A stretch of DNA of 64,000 nucleotides from Saccostrea cucullata (GCF_032062105.1 NW_026928460.1:124001-188000), one strand, 5' to 3'; counted from the stretch's first letter, positions 49,921 through 64,000 are shown. The notes: generated from the letters alone by a model not told the origin. Numbers and translations: made by a program.

Positions 49921-52900
49921 TCAGTTGGCCAGAAATTCTCTTTCCACAGCCTCTGCCATTTCATCATCAACAGAGCCAATAGATTCCGCAAAAGAATCTT
50001 GTGTTTCAGATTCAGTATCTGGTGCAAAAGCTGCCACTGTTTTTTCATACTTTTCTAGTTCATTTTCACTCTCTTCATCTCTGTGCTTCTGGGTTTCCTC
50101 ATTATCAGAGCTACTGTCCCCTGACTTGGAGGACCTGTGCCTCTTTTTCAGGCTCCACCCCCTGGGGAGATCCCCCGACATGCTCTCCTCGCTACTGGAG
50201 TTGTCGTCATCCCCACTGCTGAGGACAGACAATCGGATCCTCTCGTTTCGGTCGATGTCATCTTCCTCAGATTCATCTCCATCCTCGTCCATTAAGTCTT
50301 CCACTTCCTTGTCCATGCATTCTAGGTCTTCATCTGAGAAGGCTAACATTGGGTTATAGCTGGTGGAGAAACGAGCAGAGGTGATTTTAGCTGCCGATTT
50401 CACTTTCAGGTCTTCCACCTCTTCATCTTTTTCCACCTTTTCTGATGCCTCCATTTCTTCTTGGGGAGGAATTTTGTCACCATCATCATTCCTCCTAGAC
50501 CGTTTTCCTGAGTCTGATTCCTCTTCATTTTTGCGTTTTCTATTGAGCCGTGATGGATCAGGACTTTCACAGTAAGCATTTCCAGAAGTGGAGTCATTAA
50601 GTGGATAAAGTCTTTCATCCACATGCTGCATTCTTTCTGCACATGCCCACAGCCATTGAGGATTCACTAATTTCACATATTTGTGTTTCTGGGCCATTTT
50701 GACCTTAACAGTTCCAAGTCTAGCTGCCACTACATGAGTTGTGTAGTCAGATTTATTTGAACCATCTTTTGCTCTAGGAATGAAGTCCGTGTGAACATTT
50801 GCACCAAGCATTTTAGCCACATGGTAGGCCCTACTCTTCTCTAATGGAACACTCATAGGAAAAACACCACTAAATAGAATATTTTTTCCTTTAAGCACTT
50901 TTCTTTTCACATAAGGTAGGATGTTTTTCATATCAGGTTTTTCTGCATTCTCTCCCTTTAATTTGAGCTGATCATACATATCGTAAAATGCCTTATGAAC
51001 GGTGGTCAGGATTTCTTCTAAGTACAATAAATAGTCATCATCATCGTCCCATTCAATTTCCACATCCTCTGTCTTCACATCTTCCTTCTCTCTGTCCTCT
51101 TTCTTTTCTTCAGTTTCCTCTACTTTTCCATTCTTTTCACTATCTGACTTTTCTGTATCACATGAAACTGCTTTTGCAGCTTCTGAATTTGATTGAACAG
51201 TCTTTTCACAATCCATACTTTCATCCTTATTTTTTACAGAATCCTCTTCTTTTCCATTGTCTTGAGCTTTATTTGTTTCTTTTGCACTTTCAACATCATC
51301 TTTATTCTCTTTCTTTGTGTTATCATCAGAGGATTTTTTCTCAATGTCTTTTTCACACTTCCTATCAGTTTTTTCTGAGTCGGTTTTAGCTGCCTCACCA
51401 TTTTCTGTCCCTACATTTTTCTCTCCTCCTTCCTCTTCAGTTTCTCCCCCCTTATCTCCCTCTTTCTCACCATTGTCCTCTTTGCTGTTGGATCTGGAGA
51501 TGACATGTACTTTGTGAGTTAGTGGGTCTTTATCGTGTTCCTTTTTCTCCAGTCCTGGTGGAGCGTTGATGTCTGCGGTGCCTTGGAAGAAGCGGTAGGG
51601 CTTCACATGGATTAAGTTTGGGGAGTAATTCCATACGTCCTCTCTATCATCAATAATGCACACCATGGAATCCCCACAGGGAAAGAGAGCTCTAAGTAAT
51701 GAAGATAAGATTAAATTACTAAGAGGGAAACCATTTCATATCTGAGAGAAAAAATTATTTCATTCATTTCTCTCGTGTTACTAATGGTAAAATAAAGGGC
51801 CATAATTCTGTTTTCAGATTAAATCTATAACTTGGGAAAACTTTTGATTTGAGTGCCAAATTATTTCTATGGAATCTACCTTACTGTTTCATACAATTTT
51901 GAGCAATTAATATCCTGGGCATAGTAAATTATCTTGATTTTCATTACAACTTATCAGCATATAAGAAAATTTTAAATTTTATCTCTTACTTTAAGTTTGC
52001 CATTTTGGAATTCTGATTGAAGCATTCATCCCTGGAGAGAATTCTGTGTGAGAAGTATTTCCCATCTGGGTCTAAGAATTTGGCAATGATGTGAGCATAC
52101 ATGCGAGATCCAAATGTACAGATGTGTAGTTCATACAGCTTAGAGATATTCTCCAGGAACTTGTCTGCCATTGGACGAATACGAGTGTGATACCACGGCA
52201 TCATGTTTCCATGAGAAAGTTGAAAGTGATACACCCCCTACAAATAATCAATTTATACTTAAAGAATCAAAATATTCATGCATATGTTTTAACCAATTAA
52301 TTTTAAGAAGGTTTTGGCATAAATCAAATATTCATTTTATGTACCAGGTACACATTTTGAACATTTGCAAGCACACTGCTATTAAATTAATCAACTTCAA
52401 TTACTTAATATTGGTTCGAACTTAAATTAACTGATAAATTAATGCTCCTTCAAATGAAAGTAAAAGTTTGAGAATTTTCTAACCTTAAGGTTGGGAGGAA
52501 TGTTGTCATTGGTGGTGTGAATCAAAGTTTGATCAAGATCCACCAGTAACACGAGTTTTCTTGTTCTCAGCAGTCTCTCTTCATCCATCTTCCCAAGTTC
52601 CATTGCTTGCTGTGAAAACAAGACAAATCTCAAGAATTCAAAAAGTCAATGTAAATCTGTAGAGGAGAGAATCTTTAAATTGGATGAAAGGAATCATCAT
52701 CAGATTCTAGTCAATGATACATTTGATTTTTCCATCTTTCAAATACAAAATATGCTTAATGTATTATAAACAAATCTGCCTTGCAGACTTCAAATTCTTT
52801 AAAATAATTATAAATACCTTACATTTTTACGAACCTTGACTCAGATCAACTCCTTTCAACATGTATTATAGTTAATTCATTAAATCAGAGTACATTACAA

Positions 52901-53848
52901 CTTTGAATTTTTAAGAGGAATTGTTAAGAATGTTGATGGAATCTTAAAAATCATCGCTTCATACTTTAATTCACTATAATGTGTCTCTACTAAATTTCAT
53001 GTATTTGAGATATTTCATGTACAATAAAAAGACTTCAAATTGTGTGAAGACTACTAGAGTAAAAACAATTATACTGTATATTATTACTGATTTACCTTCT
53101 CGCTCACTATGAGCTCTGGAATATTGTGTACCATGGCAACCGATGCACTGACTGGTTCTTTCCTGTTACCAGCAATGCCTGCCTCCCTGCAAAATGTATA
53201 ACATAAAATGAAAGCCTTAAAAATCTTGAACAATACTTTTCTTCAATATTTTTCAATATGTCAAAATACCTTTTGCAGCATTTTCATGATAATTTAAGCA
53301 TAAATAATTCATTTTGTAAACAGTGAAGCTGTAGAATGGGAAGGATACAAAAGCTAATATTTACTGTCTTAAATCAGCTCCACAGTCTGCACACATATCC
53401 TTCATCACAGTGGGATGTGTACAAGACTCCATCTTTACCAGGCCTTCACTGAAATTTAAATGTCATTACAATTACAGTAACAGATTAACAACTGATGAAC
53501 ATGAAGCATATTTGTTACTTAACAATCCCGTTAGATAAGCTTCACATCAAATCAATAGAAAAAAGCTTTTTTACCGCATCGTCAACTAAAAAATCATAAG
53601 CCTTCTTATCACTGCCAGCCTCTTTTGAATTAGTACCTTCCAGGAATAAACTCTTGTTTCATTTCCAAAACAGTGCCCACCATGTTTGATTTCAGCTTAA
53701 GATTTTTGGCATCTTCCGTGTCATACAGACAAAGTAAGGCTCCTTTCCCAACCTTTGATCCAAGTTTTACTCTCCATTTTGTTACTTTGATGGGCTTATT
53801 TTCAGTTGGTTTAATCCAGGAGATAGTTCCCCTCTCCCCAGACTCCAT
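49921..53848 (-). CDS. CTDP1: RNA polymerase II CTD phosphatase FCP1
   Basis: Exons 53848-53637, 53448-53365, 53186-53096, 52609-52484, 52237-51990 and 51691-49921. CTHPTVMKDMCADCG, catalytic DLDQT, LFPCGDSMVCIIDDREDVW, BRCT (VNPQWLWACAER), acidic tail ending DDEMAEAVEREFL. Confidence 0.96.
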
Positions 53849-54574
53849 CTTGAAATCCGCGGGAACTATGTTTCACGAATATCAAGCCCGATCTTTATCA
53901 AGTGTCGAAAACTAGCTTTAATTTTTAACCTCTAGTAACTAAGTTTATGTATTGCAAATATCGATGTATGTGCTCTTGATTTGCCCCACAAACCTTAACA
54001 TATTATTTTAGTTATTTATTTCTTAAAAGAAAAACAAGTAACGTCAGGTGTCTATGATTTACGCTTGTTAATTAGAGAATCATACTGCCGCTGACCTAAA
54101 TTATTTTATGATTCTTGAATTAAAAAAAAAGAGCTTACGATTTAATTGGGATCCACCCCTCCCTTTTGACTAAAAATATATACATTCTCCCGGCATCAAG
54201 AATATTTTTTAGTGTTGTTGTTACATATGTTCCCCGACCCTTAATTCCACCCTTTTTCTTTCAAGTCTTGATCCGCCACTGCCTTTATACCGGTCTTTGT
54301 TGAAGATTCAGTGTTTGGCTAGTGCACAGGATTGAACACACGTGAATAATTTTTTTTTATTCTTTTCAAATAGCGTTTATTAATTTAAAGAATGTTATTT
54401 ACTAGAAAGGAATGCTAACATATGCACACAAATAATGAGTCTTTGTTTTCGAACACAAGCCACGTGCGTTACTTTATTGATTTCTGATTCACAGTTGGAC
54501 TGCGTGTGTAGATTTTTCTCCCCGGAGATGCCGGAGGAAGTCAGAGAATGATGGAATGGTCAAGACATTGAGAC

Positions 54575-54587
54575 ATGGCGTGGATCG
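54575..54587 (+). CDS. PMT: Candidate distal first coding exon of PMT (MAWI + G, phase 1)
   Basis: ATG GCG TGG ATC G|GTGAGG donor, in phase with the acceptor at 56775. Confidence 0.5.
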
Positions 54588-55517
54588 GTGAGGCTTCATT
54601 AGTATTGTATACTTAGCTTTTATTTATTCCTAATCAAGACAAAAAAAATAATCGTTTTCTTGTCAAATCCAAAACATAGTTATTTTTATTATCAGAAATA
54701 ATTCATTAATATTCCAGTGATACTGAAGTGAGTGATAAATTGTATATTTATACACACTAATGGAAATCTGTTTAGCATGACCAGGGAAATAGATAAGTGC
54801 ATATGATCAAAGTAGCTGCGTGTTACCTGTGTGTGTCTGTCGTATTACGTACAATCGTACGATTCTACCTTCCACATGCTGATTCAGCTATTTTTTATGC
54901 CCATTAATATTGTCATTAATGGAAACATGTGATCTTTATATATATATTATTTACAGTAGTGAAAAAAAAAACAAAGAAACTCAAGACATTATATTTTTTT
55001 TTAAACGGATGCATTAATTGTTATATAACAAATAAAACAGCGGACCTTAATTTACAGAAAATTAATAATGAAAATATCCTTATATTAGATTTTACGAGGA
55101 ATTAATTAACGTGTACCTTAATTTGCAAAATACATTTCTTAAATTAAAAATAGGGGAAGGAAAATGCGTTTCTTTCGACTTATAAATGCAGATCGATATG
55201 TTTACTTTTTTTAAGTGATAGGTCAGAGTGTTTGTGTGTCAGTAATTTTCCCTCACAGTAGCCTTGACCCCTTTAAACTTCGCAGCTAAGTTCCATGCAT
55301 CAAATTGAATTTCATGAATATTCATCAAACTTGATTTTTTTATGTCAATATTTTTCAACAAAAAATGTTATTTTCCTCCTAGATATTTTTATCTTTTGAT
55401 AACTGGATGCCAAAAAATTAATTGATAAGCTTGGGATTTTTTTTTTAAATTTTACTATAGTACTTAGTAAGTATATTTTACACATATAACAAAGAAACAA
55501 TATTGGGCAAATATATA

Positions 55518-55557
55518 GTCACGTGATAGGTTCCAGTCTCCTAGGTATGTATATAAG
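55518..55557 (+). promoter_or_regulatory. Candidate proximal PMT promoter (E-box GTCACGTGA, TATA box TATATAAG)
   Basis: The TATA-like motif lies about 50 bp upstream of ATGCCTGTCTTAAATG|GTAAGT. Confidence 0.45.
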
Positions 55558-55602
55558 TGAGACCTGAAACATCATTTTGTGACATGAATATATATTTCAA
55601 AC

Positions 55603-58600
55603 ATGCCTGTCTTAAATGGTAAGTGCAATTCAAGATTTGTAATTATGAGATGGAGCAAAATATGTACATGTTATTAAACTAAAATTGATTATTAATGCAA
55701 TAAGTTGCACTACCTTCCAAAATTATTAATATTTTTTCTTTGTTTTATTATGAAATTCTTTCAAAATTATTTATAAAATCGCTTTTGAATACCACAGATG
55801 CATTAATGTTATCAATTTAAATATTAAATATTCAAATGCGGCATAGTTATGTGTCGGGCGATACTGACTTCAGTGCAAACGGACCTTGAATATACAGTAT
55901 AATAAAAATCATTGTGTCATTTAAACCTTCACTGAAAGGCTATCAATCTTCTTGTGGACACTGGTGTCGAGTCGGTCTGGTAAGCACAATTACGAATTAA
56001 AATTAGTTTTTTTATGGTCTACTTAATATATTTTTTAATTCATTGCACATGTATAGCCGTATTAATTGATAAATATTCAACAGTTATCTACGTAGAAAAA
56101 AAGAACGTAGCTCAAACCATTTCCTATACATGTTTGTATTTCCGTAGCTTGAAAATAAAGTATGCTATTTTTATTATGTCTTCTTCATATTTAAATCAGC
56201 AAAACATGCATGCTGTATATACTTTACAGTATTCGGCGGGAGGGGGGGGGGGTGAGGATGGGTTATGTTTTAGAACTTGAAATTGGATTCTCTTTGTATT
56301 CTTCTTCTAATGTCGGAATTTACCACTACCATGACTACGGAGACATGTAATCTTCATATTTTGTCATTTCCCTTGAGGTTTTTCTATCCCCCCTTTTTTT
56401 TAAATAAAGTTTGACGATAATCTTAGATTTATCTATTCACAAAATGTCTGAATTTGAAGAAGACACCATGCCATATACCTCTTTCCGCATTTTTCACAAA
56501 CCCAAATTAAAGTAAATGATTAAAACTTATTTTTAAGAATTAAGAAAATAAAATGTTTGTCGTTTGATAAATCTTTTGATTGCGTTATCAAAAAAGTGTC
56601 AGTTTTTAAACTTCATGAAATTTTCAACAATGGAAGACATTCAGGACCCTCGAATTCTTATATATATTTGATGATCTTTAAGGCCGGTTTACACTATGCA
56701 TCTTGACACATGCATCTAAACTCATGCTTCAATTTTGTCTCATGCATTAGAGCCATTTTATATTTTCATTCCAGAGGTTCGGACTGCTATGATGGAGTTC
56801 TGGCAAGATCATTCTAAGGACGGGTCTATCGAAGAGATGATGCTAGACAACAATGCCGCTACCATGACAGAGGAGGAACTTCCGGAAATTCTGTCCTACA
56901 TCCCAAACGTTTCCGGAAAAGATGTAGTGGAACTGGGAGCCGGAATTGGGTAAGTAAATATTTTATATTCTTTATAGTGTATATTGTTTTTACTTTTAAT
57001 TGTTTCAATAACATTTTAGGAAGATATTGATGAGTTGTATATATATAATTTAAAGAAAAAAGTAGGTTCCAAGTTAATAAAGGTGAACTGATAGCAACTT
57101 TACAATTCAGAATGCGATGGCAGACCCGTAAGGGATTGGAAGGGGACACACATTCGATCCTTTATTTCTGTTTTTAGCTGTTTTTTTTTTAATGTGATAA
57201 AATATTCATTTAAAGGCTGTCCCCCCCTCCCCAATTTTCGTTGCAATGAAAAGGAGCTCTCCTTCTGGCCGTTATTAATCTACTGATGTAAGAGCATACA
57301 ATTTTAACATCCCTCCTTACACACTCTCCCACCCAGATTAAGAATTCGGAGTTATTCCTTTTGGGGGGAGGGGGGTGTCTTCAAGCCTAAGATTAATAAA
57401 CGATATCACTTGTCTGGATAGGTCACTGCATGATCTACCCACTTACCTACATGTTGATCAAGTTTTATCATCAGTAACTAGGACTAGTGGTCAGTTAGGT
57501 CGTGATCTGAGGTTGATGAACTGGGACAGTTTGAAGTACACGGCATGCAGTTGCGGTGACTAATTTAAAATACGCATTCAAAAAGATAAAAATTTGGTGT
57601 ACTTGAACTTAAGGTTATGCTAGACTTTCATTATCTCTTAACATTACTTTTTCGTTAAGTAGGCAAAATCTGGGCAACTTTCTTTCATAATGTATAGTTT
57701 TGTAATTTTCTTCAGCATATTTTAAAAAGCGCATGTGGTTGGTAAATGTACACTTGCTTCTTGCAGGCGATTTACGAAGGAGTTGGCCAAGGATGCGAAA
57801 TCTGTTTTAGCGGTTGATTTTGTAGACAAATTCATTGACAAAAACAAACAAGAGACTGCCAAATTTGGGAATGTTCAACATAAATGTGTTGATGTTACAA
57901 AATTACAGCTCCCAAAAGAGAGGTATGAAGAGAACCTTACCAAATAGAAAGAACAAAATGAAAAGAATCGATTAAAATAATTTTGAAAAAAATAATCAAA
58001 GTACTCGTATCTACTTTGAGTAAATCATCACGTATTCTTGTATATAGAAATATTGTATTTCAGCACCGATTTTGTTTTCTCCAACTGGTTATTAATGTAT
58101 CTACAAGATGAGGAAGTGAAGAATTTAATCAAAGAAACACTTTCCTGGCTTCGAGAGGACGGATACCTTTTCTGCCGAGAATCATGTTATCATCAATCAG
58201 GTATTGTAAATTGTAATGTCTATATATCCATGTTACATGTATTATAGCCATTTTTGGCGAGAATTAGTATTTTACATGTTAGAAATTTGGTATATTCTGT
58301 TGTTTTAGGGAACAAAGACAGGAAAGCAAATCCAACAAAATATCGAGAGCCAGGAATGTACGAGGCTCTGTTCACTTCTTTAGAAATTCCAACAGAAAAC
58401 AACGAGGAGGTGTATGGATACGACTTGGTGCTACAGAAATCAGTAGATGCATACTACAAGGTTCCTCTCTAACTCCGCCATCATTACTGTTAATCGGAAA
58501 TGCAAAGAGGATGACAGATTTTCGTTGTCTTCAAAAGAGCCGATCTGAGCAGCTTGATTAATATCTTAGTGTATCTTTTTTAGCTAAAGAACAATAAAAA

Positions 58601-59869
58601 CCAAATAGTTTGGTTATTGCAAAAAGTGCGACGAACAAAGAGCAGTAACCACGGTTACCGGACCTTCCAAGAATTTCTGGACGAGAAGCAGTATTCAGTG
58701 AATGGAATCCTCAGATACGAGAAAATCTTTGGGAGGACTTTTGTCAGTACTGGAGGGTTGGATACCACAAAGGTACTATGTCATTCATAAGAGATTTGAA
58801 CTACAGAAATACATACAATATGTGCTCTATATTTCTTCTTAATTTAAAAAAATTGGTTGATAATTGACTTTTTAAAAAATAAATTGCAGGAATTTGTGGA
58901 TAGATTGAACCTCAAGAAAGGGGAAGTAGTTTTGGACATTGGTTGTGGAATCGGTGGAAGTGCATTCTACATGGTCAAAGTAAATATCAAGTCTTCAGGT
59001 TTACTTTAAAAATAAAAAAGTTCCCATGATGTCTTTTGTTTCTTTTTAATGTCTCGTGGTGTACGATGCCATTTCATTGCAATTTCACATCTGATCAAAT
59101 AATAATTGGAAGAACAACTTTTATATAGGAGTTTGGCGTAAAGGTCGTAGCGATAGATCTGTCCTCTAACATGATCAAGATCGGTATGGAAAGGGCGGAA
59201 GAAATGGGAGTCTCGCTACTTGATGTAAGTGATGCAAATAAATGCTGAGAAAATTCTACTATTATAAGATGCGTGTTTCAGACATTTTATATTAACCATG
59301 TTTAATTTTTTTTAATAGGTGCAGTTTGAGGTAGCGGACGCTACAAAGAGGATATACCCCGACAATTATTTTGATGTCGTGTACAGTCGTGACACCATTC
59401 TTCATATAAAAGACAAACTCGACCTATTTAAAAGATTCTACGTAAGTTATTAATCATATCTCGAATCAATTATATACCTACATGTACATGTATTACTAAA
59501 AAAATACCACGTTGTTGTTTTTATAATATTTTAATTTTTAAAGAATGAAAAGGGAGTATAGATAAAACGAAATTCTTATATTCTAGTTGTTTGCACAATA
59601 TGTCCAATTATATTTTACATTTAGTAGAAAGAAAATGTTTAGTGTATCATGGAATAATAATATACATGCATGAGTATGTTGAAATTTTAACACTATACTC
59701 CATACCCCAGTACATTTTCATTATCTCCTTTTTTTATCTTTAAAAATCAATAAAAATAATTGTAAATGTAAAGATTGATCTTAAAATAAAACTTTAAAGT
59801 CATATTTTATTGAAAATCAATAGCAATGAGTACAATCATGTGGTGAAAGAAAATCAGTATAGATTAAGT

Positions 59870-59907
<38 letters not shown>

Positions 59908-60648
59908 CACTGTGGCTAGGAAAAAGTAGAATTGGTTTATTATTGAAAAGTTTAAATCCAAAAGTAGTCCCATGACCAATTATGGCTTTGTTATTCTTGA
60001 GAAGAAGATTTTAAAAGAATTTTACTATATTATATTTCTATGTAAAAATTTGGTCGGCCACTGTGGCCCCGCCCTAGCCCAGGGGGTCATGATTTGAAAA
60101 AATTGAGTCTACACTACCTCAGGATGCTTCCATATAAATATGAACAATTATGGCTTTGCTATTCTTGAGAAGAAGATTTTTAAAGAATTTTACTATATAT
60201 TTCTGTAAAACTTTGGTCGGCATTTTGTCCCTACCCTACCCCAGGGGATGATAATTTGAACAAACTTGAATCTACACTACCTGAGGATGCTTCCATATAA
60301 ATATCATCAATTATGGCTTTGTTATTCTTGAGAAGAAGATTTTTAAAGAATTTTACTATATTATATTTCTATGTAAAACTTTGGTCGGCCATTGTGGCCC
60401 CGCCCTACCCCTGGGAGTCATGATTTGAAGAAACTTGAATCTACACTACCTGAGGATGCTTCCATATAAATATGAACAATTATGGCTTTGCTATTCTTCA
60501 GAAGAAGATTTTTAAAGAATTTTACGATATATTTCTATGTAAAACTTTGGTCGGCCATTTTGGCCCCGCGCTACCCCCGGGGTTCATGATTTGAACAAAC
60601 TTGAATCTACACTACCTGAGGATGTTTCCACATAAGTTTCATCTTTCC

Positions 60649-60683
<35 letters not shown>

Positions 60684-60841
60684 CATACCACCAAATTTTC
60701 ATTAATTCCCAATTATCTCCCCTTGAATGAGGGTGTGGCCCTTCACTTGAACAAACTTGAATCCCCTTTATCCAAGGATGCTTTGTGGCTTTTTTGGTTG
60801 AAATTGACCCAGTAGTTCTTGAGAAGAAGTCAAAAATGTGA

Positions 60842-60874
<33 letters not shown>

Positions 60875-61712
60875 TGACAGACGGACAACGGACAAAATGT
60901 GATCAGAAAATGTGATCTAAAAACGTATCCTACAGTAACTTGAATCCCACTTAATTCTTATGTTTGACGATGGTAAATGATAAAATTGACTCTTAATGTG
61001 GAACAAATAAGGTACATGTATGTAGAGTTTTTATTTTATGAAAGATAATAATAGTAAGTTGTAATTGAGGTTTTCTCTCCTTTTTAGAGATGTCTAAAAC
61101 CCGGCGGACGACTTTTGATCTCGGACTATGCCTGCAGTCCTGACGAACACTCTGAACAATTCAAGGCTTACGTCAAACAGCGAGGGTACAACCTACTGTC
61201 TCCAGAACAGTATGGGAAGGTAATTAGAATTACTTTATTTTAACTGTCAATTTTAACATATGACCTATTGAATAATAAGCAGAAAGGTTACTTCATTTTT
61301 TATATTTTTATACATAACGAAAATGTCTATGATGGACAGTGTTGTATAAAATGGCGGTTGTATCTGTTTCAGGTTTTAGAGGAAGCAGGATTCGTTAATG
61401 TCGAAGCAGATGACAGGACAGACCTGTTTGTTAAATCATTGGAAAAGGAACTAGTCAATACTGAAAAAATAAAAGACGAGTTTGTTGGGGTAAATCTTCA
61501 AAACATGTCATAAAATTCTATGTCCAACATTATTGATCAAAGTACAATTCTTCTTCTAGAGGGAGTAAACATTTGATATTTTCTTTTCTTTTTAGGAATT
61601 TTCTCTCAAGGATTATAATGACATTGTTGGAGGTTGGAAGGACAAGTTACAGAGAACGGCGGCCGGGGATCAGAGATGGGGGGTTTTCTACGCAGAAAAG
61701 CCCGCCCATTGA
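55603..61712 (+). CDS. PMT: Phosphoethanolamine N-methyltransferase (two tandem SAM-dependent MT domains, plant-type PEAMT)
   Basis: Exons 55603-55618, 56775-56949, 57767-57922, 58064-58200, 58309-58460, 58584-58772, 58890-58979, 59129-59224, 59319-59441, 61088-61219, 61373-61489 and 61596-61712. Motifs [91 protein letters not shown]. Confidence 0.95.
59872..60922 (-). mobile_element. Helentron/HINE-like element carrying ~167-bp internal tandem repeats (Cg170-like), in a PMT intron
   Basis: Terminus AAACAAGAGGCCCATGGGCCACATCGCTCACCTGAG; TTCTTGAGAAGAAG recurs every ~156-169 bp; (GACA)n microsatellite near the other end. Confidence 0.88.
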
Positions 61713-64000
61713 GAGTGTTCGATTGATTCTGACATTTTTTTTAACTTTAGAAGTTTTTTAAAGAAACACTACAGGATAAGTGTTCGATTGATTCCAACGT
61801 TTTAAAAATGCTTACGAATACCAGATTTGAACTTTTTTAAAGAAACACTCCAGAATATGGGGTTTGTTTTTGGATTGGTTGTGCCAAATATTCCAACATT
61901 TCTAGCATCACTTAGTGGTGAATAATGCAATGTTGATTTGTTGCATCCCACATTGTAAACGGATTCAAAAAATTCCGAATATTTTGACATGTATACAGCA
62001 TGGTATATGCTAAAAGCTATGTTTTGTTTATTGTTTTCATTAAAAAAGGCAATAGATTTACCTTTGTTGCATTGTTGTGTGTTTATCGCAATTGCAAATA
62101 TTTGCAATATGCAATATGTTTACATTATTGGTACATGTTACATAAAAATGAAATTATTAAATGACGTTTCATTATTTTTTTAAGGTATACGTGTTTGAAT
62201 AGCAGTTAACAAAAACAAGTTTAAAATGTTGTTTCCAAATGAATTATTGTGCGTTACGACTTTGTAAAATGCAATCATGCATAGAATCAAATGAGCATCA
62301 AATAGATAAGCGGACGGATACAATGAAATAACAAGTATATTCGAATTCAATAAAAACAGAAGAAAAAAAAGAGATTATATGCATTAAGGATATCCGAACC
62401 TCAGCTAGGAACAATAACTCTAAAATTTATTATTATTATTTTTAAAACGTTTCAAAATGAAGCTTGAACTTGAAATAATTTCATGAAACAATTTTCATTT
62501 TATGCATCTCAATACGATTCAAAGTTCTTTGAAGTCTAGGAAGTGATATTATTAAAAGTTGATATTCATACCCCACAAAAGTATAAAAATAAAATTCGTA
62601 CTCTATCGGGTAAGCATTGGTTGAGGTTACAGATGTATTTTTGCCAAGAAAAAAAACATTGTATTTTTTTCACAAGAAGAAAATGCATAAGCATACTTTT
62701 ATTTTATCTGGATAACTATAATTGTTAAAGATTTCACGTAGTAAGATTCTCAATCATTAAAAAAAAAAGATTGGCCTGGTAAAAGATCTAAACACTTTAG
62801 ATATTCTTTTCACAAAAATCAACACATGAAACCGACAGATATTTTGAATGTCAAATCCCCCCCCCCCCCCCCCCCCCTGTTTTTTGACATTTAAAAAGGC
62901 TACAATAGATGTTAGTACATCGTACATTCTAATCTTATTTACTATCAGTAAATTGCACTACCCATATTGACCACAATTTTGTCCAAAAAAATTCCACGAT
63001 GTAAGTTATCACTTGTCCTTGATCTGCAGTTTATCATAAGTGTTAATTATGTCGTTTTTTCATATATGCTAGTATGCATGTAGATAAGTACTACTTGTAT
63101 CTTGATATTTTAATTTTGTTCTCCGGGAATCTTTTCTCAAATCAAAATGTCCAGGCCAGAGCGGATCCATTTCATAACGGAGGGGGGGGGGGGAAGGGGG
63201 GGTCCGCCTTTAATGCATGCATGGTAAATATATGTAAAACGTTACAGAAAAGATTATTCTCTTGAGGTAATACTTCAATCTTTAATAATAATAATTTCCT
63301 TATTTATGTACAATATTTACATGTGCAGTTAAATATCAAAATAATTTTGAATATCTAAATAATTTAAACGTAACCTTTCACCGTTAATTTAAAAACCCTC
63401 CCATCAAAATGCATTTAAAAATTTTGCTGGAAAAGTTGGAACTTATAAATCAACCTTTGTTTCGAGGTAAGGAGGTTATTACCTCTTTTTTCTCCCCCTT
63501 TTCAAAACCTAGACCAAGCGCCTTCAATTTCTGCAGAAAAAAAATGTATTTTTATTCGCATTTACCCACTGGATATCAGATTTTTTTGTAGTGCGTTTGT
63601 ATAGATTGTCTAGAAGAATCTCTTACACAAGAACAAGAGGAACTTCGACACTGATTTGGCAGTTAGTGTAAATTAAAACATATTTTCATATTTCTTAATT
63701 ACTGCATGGTATAAAAATGTCGAGAAAATGATATCGTGTCTTTGTCATCAACATCGCTATTGAATGCATGGATGCTAATTGACGAACATGAATGGAAAAT
63801 TTAGGTGTATATTTGAACTGATAACATTGTATGTTGAAAAGATAAAGCAAGTTCATGATGCCCCTGCACATGCCTAGCTTACGTGGCTGGGATAAACCAA
63901 TACACATGCACAGTCAATTTATAACGGATTTTAAAATCCATTGTCCATAGTCTATTCTCAGTGATATATATTTTTTAGCGAAATAGAAAATTATTAATAT

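Noticed and set aside
49925-51517. Plus-strand Ser/Phe-rich ORFs
   Set aside because: Antisense shadows of the acidic, low-complexity CTDP1 exon.
61802-63907. Short ORFs downstream of PMT
   Set aside because: AT-rich 3' UTR or intergenic sequence with no motifs or splice support.

Overview
AT-rich eukaryotic (spliced-gene) DNA, most likely a bivalve/oyster judging by its repeat types and gene content (inference). There are four host genes: an intronless RING-less B-box/coiled-coil/NHL (TRIM-like) gene at 2432-4123, a 4-exon UBE2V/MMS2-type gene at 43356-46792, a 6-exon CTDP1/FCP1 gene on the minus strand at 49921-53848, and a two-domain phosphoethanolamine N-methyltransferase gene at about 54575/55603-61712 with two candidate first exons. 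The ~38 kb between 5.1 and 43.1 kb is almost entirely repetitive. (i) A 317-bp satellite array is punctuated three times by a 1.2-1.3 kb TIR-bounded module. (ii) A Crypton-like hairpin element contains a 5'-truncated L1/Tx1 LINE, which in turn contains a CR1-type 3' fragment. (iii) A ~1.9-kb tandem macro-repeat carries an internal inversion, a Helentron-like insertion, an apparently intact PAT-type DIRS (tyrosine recombinase) retrotransposon, and a Tc1 > Chapaev-like > (IS3EU-like, hAT5-like) nest. The most interesting signals lie in the DIRS element: an array of short hairpins (GGCT-GAG-AGCC) between RT and YR, an antisense tRNA-like Pol III cassette in its terminal A repeat, a YR frame that apparently needs splicing, and a d(GCGAAGC) motif shared with the Crypton-like element. 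All coordinates were read by eye and may be off by a few bases.
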